A stretch of 64,000 bases of DNA from Candidatus Latescibacterota bacterium. Its GTDB lineage: Bacteria > Latescibacterota > UBA2968 > UBA8231. This document shows positions 56,802-64,000 of the stretch, piece by piece. Within the stretch, counting starts at the first letter, position 1. Every line of letters starts with the position of its first letter. Where the stretch lies: contig CBDFJF010000002.1 of NCBI GenBank assembly GCA_965248265.1, positions 4,032,001-4,096,000 of the forward strand, read 5' to 3'. The notes beneath the pieces are model-generated. The model made no database searches and was not told the origin of the DNA. It saw only the letters and a program-made list of their open reading frames with translations. The translations under genes and the position numbers were made by a program.

Positions 56802-59063
56802 TTGACCGATCCGGCAGCCCTGCCTTTCCCGCCCCCCTCTGGTGAGGAGCCACCCGCGGATCCAGATCAAACCCCTGTCCGGGGGGTCTCCGACACGTCC
56901 GGCAGTCTCGACGAACTGCTGGAGCAAGCCTCGAACCATCTACAACTGCAGATGCTCCTCATCGAGGTCGCCTCCAGCAACGAGCAGGCTGACTTCGATC
57001 TCATCGCCCGAGCCTATTACTTCGCCCACGCGCATCATGATGGGCAAACGCGCAAGTCTGGCCAACCCTTCATGCAGCACTGCGTCGAGGTGGCGCGGAT
57101 TCTTGCCCAACTGAGGCTGGATTCCACTACCGTAGCGGCCGGCCTGCTCCACGACGTCCTCGAGGACACGCCAGTGAGCCTCGAGGAAGTCGCCGCCGAA
57201 TTCGGTCCAAAGATCGCTGCTCTCACCGATGGCGTGACCAAAATAGAGCGATTCCGCTACGAGAGCCGTGAAGCTCGTCAGGCTGAGACCTACCGCAAAA
57301 TGCTGCTGTCAATGGTCGAGGATATTCGCGTGATCCTGGTGAAGTTCGCCGACCGCCTGCACAACATGCGAACCCTCGAACACATGGACTCAGAGCAGCA
57401 AAAACGCACGGCTCTCGAGACCGCCGAAGTGTACGCCCCCCTCGCTCACCGGTTAGGCCTGGCGCGCATCCGTTGGGAGCTGGAGGACCGCAGCCTGAAG
57501 TACATGGATCCCGATATGTATCGAGAGATTCGCGACAAGGTCTCGATGAAGCGAGAACAGAGAGAGGCCTATATCCATGACTTCAAAGCGCCGATCGAGG
57601 CGGAGCTGGCACGCAGTTCGATTGAAGCCGAGATCATGGGGCGCCCGAAGAATTTTTTCAGCATTTACAACAAGATGAAGTCGAGGGGAAAACCGTTCGA
57701 TGAGATCTATGACCTGTTGGCGGTGCGAGTCATCGTCGATTCGGCCAGAGAGTGCTATCACACTCTGGGTTTGATCCACACGATCTATCACCCGATCCCC
57801 GACCGCTTCAAAGACTATCTGGCAACACCGAAGACGAACATGTATCAGTCGCTGCACACTGCCGTCATCGGACCGCGGGGGTTACCGGTGGAAGTCCAGA
57901 TTCGCACCCGCGAAATGCACCACACAGCCGAATTCGGCATTGCCGCCCACTGGCGGTACAAGAGCGGCCTTTCGAAGAAGGGTCTCGACTTCGAAAACCA
58001 GATCAACTGGCTGCGACAGGTCCTCGACTGGCAGCGGGACGCCACCGACCCCGTCGAGTTCATGGAGAATCTGAAGATCGAGTTATTTCAGGACGAGATC
58101 TTCATCTTTACGCCCAAAGGGGATCTGCACCAGCTGCCCGGTGGTGCCACGCCGATCGATTTTGCCTTCGCCATCCATACCGATATCGGCCTCCACTGCT
58201 TGACGGCGAAGGTCAACGGACAAGTCGTACCGTTGAGTACGGAACTCAGCAGCGGAGACAATGTGCAGATCATCACCTCGCCCCACCAAAAGCCCAGTCA
58301 ATCCTGGCTCGAAATGGTGAAGACGGGCAAGGCCCGGCAGGCAATTCATCGTTGGTTGCGAGAGGAGCAATACGCCCATAGCGTTCGCCTGGGACAGGAA
58401 ATCCTGGAGCGTGAACTCAGAAAATACAGGCACCGGATAAAGAGCGATGCCCTGGAGGGGTTGGCGGAGGAGTTCGGCCTTACCGACAGCGAGCATCTTT
58501 ACGCCCGTATCGGCAGTGGTGATCTGTCCGTCGGCCGCGTGGTCAGTCAGCTGTTTCCGGAGAAGCCGAAACGACGGCTGCGGTTTCCGCTGTTGCGCGA
58601 TCGTCGTGGGATCCGTATTCAGGGCATTGACCACCTGATGATACACTTCGGCAAGTGTTGCACGCCCATCCCAGGTGATCCGGTCATCGGACTGATTACC
58701 CGAGGTCGGGGCATTTCAGTACACCGGACCGATTGCCCCAACATCGGCGACATCGCCGAGGATCCGGATCGCATCGCATCGGTGGAATGGGATATCGAAG
58801 AAGAGCAGGCGTTCACCGTTCAGCTACAGGTCAAGGGAACGGATCGCAAATACCTGCTTTCGGACGTGGCCCGGGCCATTTCAGACGCGGGAGCTAATAT
58901 CCAGAGCTCTGCTGCCCGCACGACGCAGAACACGGCAGAGGAAACCTTCTGGGTCGACATCAAAGACACCCGTCAGCTACAGACCTTGATGCGCGGCCTC
59001 TCGAATGTCGAAGGTGTAACCGATGTCCGGCGCGTGGACGACCCACAACCCGTCTCCAGCTGA
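56802..59063 (+). CDS. rel: Bifunctional (p)ppGpp synthetase/hydrolase (long RSH)
   Basis: HDVLEDT hydrolase motif, RFKD synthetase motif, YQSLHT, EVQIRT, TGS domain, CCTPIPGD and ACT domain. Confidence 0.96.
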   Translation: MTDPAALPFPPPSGEEPPADPDQTPVRGVSDTSGSLDELLEQASNHLQLQMLLIEVASSNEQADFDLIARAYYFAHAHHDGQTRKSGQPFMQHCVEVARILAQLRLDSTTVAAGLLHDVLEDTPVSLEEVAAEFGPKIAALTDGVTKIERFRYESREARQAETYRKMLLSMVEDIRVILVKFADRLHNMRTLEHMDSEQQKRTALETAEVYAPLAHRLGLARIRWELEDRSLKYMDPDMYREIRDKVSMKREQREAYIHDFKAPIEAELARSSIEAEIMGRPKNFFSIYNKMKSRGKPFDEIYDLLAVRVIVDSARECYHTLGLIHTIYHPIPDRFKDYLATPKTNMYQSLHTAVIGPRGLPVEVQIRTREMHHTAEFGIAAHWRYKSGLSKKGLDFENQINWLRQVLDWQRDATDPVEFMENLKIELFQDEIFIFTPKGDLHQLPGGATPIDFAFAIHTDIGLHCLTAKVNGQVVPLSTELSSGDNVQIITSPHQKPSQSWLEMVKTGKARQAIHRWLREEQYAHSVRLGQEILERELRKYRHRIKSDALEGLAEEFGLTDSEHLYARIGSGDLSVGRVVSQLFPEKPKRRLRFPLLRDRRGIRIQGIDHLMIHFGKCCTPIPGDPVIGLITRGRGISVHRTDCPNIGDIAEDPDRIASVEWDIEEEQAFTVQLQVKGTDRKYLLSDVARAISDAGANIQSSAARTTQNTAEETFWVDIKDTRQLQTLMRGLSNVEGVTDVRRVDDPQPVSS

Positions 59064-59067
59064 TCAC

Positions 59068-59337
59068 CTATCGTTCACCTGCAGCCGCGCGGCGAAGAGT
59101 TGCGAGAATCGCCTCTTCCTCAGGGGTCATGATGTCACCTCCGCCATAGTGGCCACCGACCTGCTCTTCGACCCATCCCAGGACGATCCTGATCTGCAGA
59201 ACGCTTAGTTCCAGTGGCTGATTGGCGCTCAGGGCGTTCTGGAGTTTCCTCTGGACCCTTTTCTCGTCGGGCCAGAAGAACTCCTCCTTCCATTGGAGAA
59301 TGAGCTCGATCTGTCTCGAAGTGAGCGACACCTTCAC
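59068..59337 (-). CDS. Small hypothetical protein with an internal repeat
   Basis: SLTSRQIELILQWKEE vs ELSVLQIRIVLGWVEE; GTG start inferred. Confidence 0.6.
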   Translation of the reverse strand: MKVSLTSRQIELILQWKEEFFWPDEKRVQRKLQNALSANQPLELSVLQIRIVLGWVEEQVGGHYGGGDIMTPEEEAILATLRRAAAGER

Positions 59338-59439
59338 TTTATAGTCCGTTCGCTGAATTGACACAGTGTGGGTGTGATCAGATTGTTTGAACCACGATCT
59401 GATCGTTAGTGCTATTCCCACTCAACTTCAAGGTAGTCC

Positions 59440-60507
59440 ATGCAGGAAACTGAACAACCACTCTTCCTTCTGCCCCACATCGCGCGCATGACGGGGTACG
59501 TTCCTGGTGAACAGCCAAAAGACCGAACCTTCGTCAAGCTCAATACGAACGAGAACCCGTACCCGCCTTCCGCGCTGGTACTGCAGCGGTTGAGAGAGGC
59601 CTGTGATGACAACTTGAGACGATACCCCGACGCCGATGCCTCTGATGTAACTCGAAGATTGGGTGAGTTGTTCTCCCTGCCGGTAGATCAGATTCTGATT
59701 GGCAACGGCTCGGACGAGCTGCTCAATACGGCGATGCGATGCTTCATCGGCCCCGGAGACACAGTCGTCTACCCGACGCCGACCTACCCGTACTACGCCA
59801 AACTCGTCGAACTCCAGAATGCGACGTCCGCCACCATCGACTTCGATGATTCGTTCGACCTTCCCGAAGGGCTGGCTGCCGCAGCCGGCAAGCTGACCCT
59901 GGTAGCCAACCCGAATTCACCCTCAGGAACCCTGGTCCCAACTGAAAAGTTGGCGGACCTGGCCGCGGCCGTTCAGGGTATGCTGCTGATCGACGAGGCC
60001 TACGTGGACTTCAGTGACGGAGGATGTCTCCAGCTGGTCGAACACTGCCCCAACGTCATCGTCGTGCGCACGATGTCCAAATCCTTCTCGCTCGCCGGAA
60101 TGCGCATCGGCTTTTGTTTCGCCTCACCTGAGGTAACCGCCGGAATGCGCAAAGTAAAGGAGCATTACAACGTCGGCTCCCTGGCCCAGGTAGCTGCCGC
60201 GGCGGCCCTGGACGACGTGCAGACGATGCATGCCAATGCCGATCGCATTCGCAGAACTCGGTCACGTCTGACTGAAGCGTTGGGCGAACTCGGCTTTCAC
60301 GTGTGGAGGTCTGCCGCGAATTTCGTCCTGGCCCGCTTGCCGGGTGCGGCAGCCGCTGAGCTGTACGCCCAATTGAGAGACCGAGGCGTGCTCGTGCGTT
60401 TCTTCGGGGAACCGAGGTTGCGAGACTGTCTGCGAATTTCGGTGGGCACGGACGAGGAGACGGACCTACTGCTTACTGAACTAAGCGATGCGTTGCGGAC
60501 CGACTGA
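59440..60507 (+). CDS. hisC: Histidinol-phosphate aminotransferase
   Basis: YVPGEQP, KLNTNENPY, GNGSDE, NPNSPSG, DEAY, RTMSKSFSLAGMRIG, RISVGT. Confidence 0.95.
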   Translation: MQETEQPLFLLPHIARMTGYVPGEQPKDRTFVKLNTNENPYPPSALVLQRLREACDDNLRRYPDADASDVTRRLGELFSLPVDQILIGNGSDELLNTAMRCFIGPGDTVVYPTPTYPYYAKLVELQNATSATIDFDDSFDLPEGLAAAAGKLTLVANPNSPSGTLVPTEKLADLAAAVQGMLLIDEAYVDFSDGGCLQLVEHCPNVIVVRTMSKSFSLAGMRIGFCFASPEVTAGMRKVKEHYNVGSLAQVAAAAALDDVQTMHANADRIRRTRSRLTEALGELGFHVWRSAANFVLARLPGAAAAELYAQLRDRGVLVRFFGEPRLRDCLRISVGTDEETDLLLTELSDALRTD

Positions 60508-60511
60508 CGCC

Positions 60512-60540
60512 ATCGCTCGGTCGCTCGATCGCTCGATCGC
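60512..60540. repeat. 8-bp tandem repeat (TCGCTCGA, about 3.5 copies) at a convergent junction
   Basis: ATCGCTCGGTCGCTCGATCGCTCGATCGC. Confidence 0.7.
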
Positions 60541-60548
60541 CCTTCACT

Positions 60549-61091
60549 TCAACGCGAGCTACTGCGAGTTAACTCCCCCATCCTCTTGAGCACCTCAACT
60601 TCGGCGACCCCAAGATCAACCATGCGGGCCACCTCATCCGTCGAAATCCCCTTGCTCAACAGCTGCCGCGCGTGCTCGTAGATCTCGTGCTGGCGAGCGC
60701 CGCTGGCTGGGTCCCTGCCGGGTTTGGCTGCAATCCCCCCACCCCCTCCGCGGGACGTGGCCGAACCGTCAGAGGTTCGAGAGCCTTCATCGGACATGGC
60801 ACTGCCCGTGATCCCGGATGAGGCCGCATCATCCATGAGCGGGGAGAGGAACGATCGCGACCCACGACTTCGCGGGTCTGCTGCGGTCAGGGTGCGGCAG
60901 GCTCCCTGTAAACGCTCCTGGATCTGTGTCAGCTGTTTCAGATTCGCGTCCAGCGTATCGAATCGGCGGTCCATTCTGTGAGTCTGGACCCGCAACCATG
61001 ACCGAAACCACATCAGGATGGCCAGGGCGACCGCCAGGAAAAGGATGTCGACGATGACGAGCTGTACGTGTTGTGATGATAGGTCAATCAT
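60549..61091 (-). CDS. Membrane-anchored protein with a DUF2802-like C-terminal HTH
   Basis: TM + coiled coil + YEHARQLLSKGISTDEVARMVDLGVAEVEVL. Confidence 0.7.
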   Translation of the reverse strand: MIDLSSQHVQLVIVDILFLAVALAILMWFRSWLRVQTHRMDRRFDTLDANLKQLTQIQERLQGACRTLTAADPRSRGSRSFLSPLMDDAASSGITGSAMSDEGSRTSDGSATSRGGGGGIAAKPGRDPASGARQHEIYEHARQLLSKGISTDEVARMVDLGVAEVEVLKRMGELTRSSSR

Positions 61092-61297
61092 GAGAATAAG
61101 AGATGTGTCCTTGGAATGGTATGAGGTCTAGTGCCCTGTTACGGAAGTAGGCTTGTGAAATGAGGGCGCCGAGTCGCCCGGCCTGCAAGGCGCGCGAGTG
61201 AGGTATATCAGTGGGATATGCCGATTGAGCGAAACGCAGCAGGTCGGGATGAATCGGCGGTCGAATACAAGAGTACTTTCGTGACAGGGCACTTAGG

Positions 61298-62875
61298 TTA
61301 ACCATCGACATGCAGGGGCTCATCGCGGTTGCTCTCTTGTTCGACATCGATTAGGTCGCCTTCCGAGGCGGACACGTTTGCTGACTCGGGTGCACTCTCG
61401 GACGTGGGCGGAGGAACAGGTAGACGAATGACAAACGTAGCCCCCTGTTCAGACTCGCTACTGACACTCAAGCTCCCCTTGTGCATCTCCACTATACTGT
61501 AGCTGACCGCCAGTCCGAGTCCTGTGCCTCCTTGATCAGCCCGGGTCGTAAAAAAGGGTTCGAAGAGCCGGTCCTCGTGTTCGGGCGGAATGCCTTGCCC
61601 CGAATCGGCGAAACGCAATTCGACCTGCTCACCGTCCACCCGTGCCGTGATCGTCAGATTTCCACCTTTGGGCATCGCGTTTTGGGCGTTGAGCATCAGA
61701 TTGATGAATACCTGCTCCAGCTCACCGACGTTACCCAGCAGCGCCGGCATATCTTCTGGAATCTGAATTTCGACCTCGATGGACTGGGCGTCGAGCTGGT
61801 GCTTGACGAGAGCAATGGCCTGTTGAATGGCTTGGTTCAGATCGAATCGGGACCACTCGGCGTCGGCCTTGTTGTGGCCCGCGAATCCGAGCAACGCCCG
61901 GATGATCTTGGAAATCCGTCGCACGTTGCTCTCGATCAATCTCAACCCCTTGATGACCGGTTCGGCGTCCGCGTTTTGGGCGATCATCAGTTGTACCCGG
62001 CTGAGAATGATCTGCAGCGGATTGTTGACTTCGTGCGCAACTCCACCTGCCAACTCACCGATCGCCGCCTGTTTGGCAGAAATCAGCACTTGCTGCTGAG
62101 ATTCGACGAGTTGGTCGTGCGTTGATTCAAGATCGGAGTAGTGGCGCGAGTTGGATACGGCGGCGGCTGTCTGGTTGGCCAAAACATCGAGCAGTTGCAC
62201 CTGGCCCAGCGTGAAATCGTCCTTTTCACGAGCACAGTGCAAAATGAAGATTCCGACCTCCTTGCCACCGACGATGAGCGGGATCATGACGAAACAATGG
62301 GGATCTGACGATTCTCGTGAGAGCGCATCGATGTCATCGATAACCACCGGCCGGCGCTCCCGCATCACCCAATCGATGATGCCGTCTTCCCAATGGGACT
62401 GTACGCGCGCCTGTAGCGCGGGAACATCCATGCCACGGCTTGCCACGACCTCGAGTTTATTGCCCTCCTCCTCCAGAACGAAGACTCCGCAGGTCTCGTA
62501 TGGCACGAAACGATTGGAGAGGTCCATCAGGGCGTCGAGTATATCCTCGATCCTGAAACTCGTGCTGATGGTCTCCGACAACTGGTGCAAATTGAGCAAC
62601 TCGTTCATCGACTCACGCAGCTGCTCGTACTGCTCGTGCCCCCGAGTCAGGCGGTCCTGAAGTTGACGATTCTCCTGCTCCAGGGCCTTCACGCGGATGG
62701 AATGCTCTTTCGCCGCTTCTTCCACCCCTTCGAGATGAACGCCCAGCTCCCAACCCACATCCTCGGGGCCGCTTTCTTTGACCAGGTCTGCGAGCTCACG
62801 CAGCCGGTCCAGGGACAGCGATCCTGCATCTTGAGGCTCTGGTGACGTGCCTTGATCGCCAGCCTCTTTCGTCAC
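61298..62875 (-). CDS. Cytoplasmic GAF-domain sensor histidine kinase
   Basis: GAF region; H box AHEVNNPL, QVFINLMLNA, DSGQGI, FEPFFTT, GTGLGL. Confidence 0.95.
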   Translation of the reverse strand: MTKEAGDQGTSPEPQDAGSLSLDRLRELADLVKESGPEDVGWELGVHLEGVEEAAKEHSIRVKALEQENRQLQDRLTRGHEQYEQLRESMNELLNLHQLSETISTSFRIEDILDALMDLSNRFVPYETCGVFVLEEEGNKLEVVASRGMDVPALQARVQSHWEDGIIDWVMRERRPVVIDDIDALSRESSDPHCFVMIPLIVGGKEVGIFILHCAREKDDFTLGQVQLLDVLANQTAAAVSNSRHYSDLESTHDQLVESQQQVLISAKQAAIGELAGGVAHEVNNPLQIILSRVQLMIAQNADAEPVIKGLRLIESNVRRISKIIRALLGFAGHNKADAEWSRFDLNQAIQQAIALVKHQLDAQSIEVEIQIPEDMPALLGNVGELEQVFINLMLNAQNAMPKGGNLTITARVDGEQVELRFADSGQGIPPEHEDRLFEPFFTTRADQGGTGLGLAVSYSIVEMHKGSLSVSSESEQGATFVIRLPVPPPTSESAPESANVSASEGDLIDVEQESNRDEPLHVDG

Positions 62876-62894
62876 TCTGCCTTCCCTTCCCCTG

Positions 62895-63959
62895 TCACGG
62901 ATGGGGCTCCGCGGGTGCCGTTAATTCGCCGTCGCTATCCGTCGCTTCGATCTCCACTTCGTCGACGCGATCAGGACCATCGGCTGAAAGCGCCTCCAGT
63001 GGCTGACCCGCCGGTGTCTGAGAGTCGGTCTTCCCGTCGGCATCGGCCTCCGTTTCTTCCTCACCGCCTCGAGCGATAGAAGAGAAGGCCTCAGCACTTT
63101 CCATGGCCGCACGCAACTCGTCTCCGTACCCGAATATTCGCTTGATCGCTATTTTCGGATCCTCGTGAATACCGAAGGTGCGCAGAGCAGCCGGATCCAG
63201 ACTCGGAAAGCGCTCACCCCCGGCGTCGCCGATCCGCTCTCTGCGACACAGAAAATCAGCGAGGTGAATCAGTGACGGCAGCTCGTTGCGCCCCGGAGCC
63301 GCGCGACCAGGGGCGTGGTGAAATTTGATGGCATCTTCAAGCTGGTCGGGTAGATTCCAGCGCTGGGCCAACCACCCCCCGACGTCGGCGTGAGTGACTC
63401 CGAGGACTTCCTCTTCCGCCTTGCCAATGTAGAGATCCTTTTCTTCGACCAGTTCGATGATTTGCTTGAAATCGACCGGGAAATACTGGCTCAAGATCAA
63501 CTTGCCGATGTCGTGCAGTATTCCCGCCGCGAAGGCCTCGCCTCGCCCGGAAACGCGGTACCGCAGTTTTTCGGCGAGCAGTTTGGCGGCCACACCGCAG
63601 GCGATGGAGTGCTCCCAGAACTTCTGTCGATCGAAGTGACTGCTGTCTCCGCCGCTTGAAAAACGCTCGAGCACGGATACGCTGAGCCCGAGATTCTTGA
63701 CTGTTTCGAAGCCGAGAACGACGACGGCGAGGTCGACGGTGGCGATCTCGCGCGGAAAACCGTAGAAGGCGGAGTTCGCCAGCTTGAGGATCTTGGCGGT
63801 GAGTGCCTGATCGGCGGAGATCAGCTGGGCGACATTGCGAGCGGAGGTTTTCGGGTTGTCAATCAGGCCGATCAACTGGGTGACGACGGCAGGCAGCGTC
63901 GGCAGTCCGATGATACTCTGAGTGACCTTCTTGAGGCGTTGTTGCTTGTCCTCATCCAC
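62895..63959 (-). CDS. HDOD domain protein
   Basis: LPTLP, DQALTAKILKLANSAFY, FWEHS, AGILHDIGK, W.LP...AI.FHH motifs. Confidence 0.93.
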   Translation of the reverse strand: MDEDKQQRLKKVTQSIIGLPTLPAVVTQLIGLIDNPKTSARNVAQLISADQALTAKILKLANSAFYGFPREIATVDLAVVVLGFETVKNLGLSVSVLERFSSGGDSSHFDRQKFWEHSIACGVAAKLLAEKLRYRVSGRGEAFAAGILHDIGKLILSQYFPVDFKQIIELVEEKDLYIGKAEEEVLGVTHADVGGWLAQRWNLPDQLEDAIKFHHAPGRAAPGRNELPSLIHLADFLCRRERIGDAGGERFPSLDPAALRTFGIHEDPKIAIKRIFGYGDELRAAMESAEAFSSIARGGEEETEADADGKTDSQTPAGQPLEALSADGPDRVDEVEIEATDSDGELTAPAEPHP

Positions 63960-64000
63960 GTCGATGGCGACTCCCGCGTACTGGCGGCAGATAGATGGAG
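63952..64000 (-). CDS. 3' end of an upstream gene (possibly a histidine kinase)
   Basis: Reads ...SIYLPPVRGSRHRRG* and overlaps the HDOD start. IYLP resembles an HATPase terminal strand. Confidence 0.3.
   Translation of the reverse strand, partial: SIYLPPVRGSRHRRG

Noticed and set aside
61084-61347. 87-aa ORF between the kinase and the DUF2802-like gene
   Set aside because: No recognisable motif and it overlaps the kinase 3' end; more likely regulatory spacer.

Overview
This is a GC-rich, gene-dense chromosomal window from a flagellated diderm bacterium. Gene content suggests an FCB-related lineage such as Latescibacterota, which is inference only. No integrase, transposase, rRNA or CRISPR array was seen. 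Housekeeping genes: a divergent UvrA-like gene that runs off the left edge and is missing from the ORF track, tRNA-Gly(GCC), PBP1A, rlmN, an M23 peptidase, larC, a split dppAB/dppC set, a DprE1/DprE2-like pair, recD2, fliC, rel, hisC, a GAF histidine kinase and an HDOD protein. Two uncharacterised loci stand out. (1) A four-gene minus-strand operon at 46482-55190 encodes a giant PA/M28-like + FtsX/MacB-type permease fusion with rewired metal ligands and a RecA-C-terminal-like insert, an OPT-like transporter with an apparently circularly permuted FN3-like loop, a two-repeat soluble protein and a stand-alone PqqD/RRE protein. No radical SAM enzyme, ATPase or precursor peptide is nearby. (2) A putative polar-lipid head-group synthesis and export locus at 2320-11924 has three cytidylyltransferases, a doubly coupled 47-codon ORF, an LPG-synthase-type flippase, TolC, MlaC-DUF3047, MlaC and MMPL. 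Non-coding features include a 160-bp MITE with a CTAG duplication, hairpin tandem arrays at several convergent gene junctions and many 12-bp micro-duplications. All family calls come from reading motifs by eye, not from database searches.
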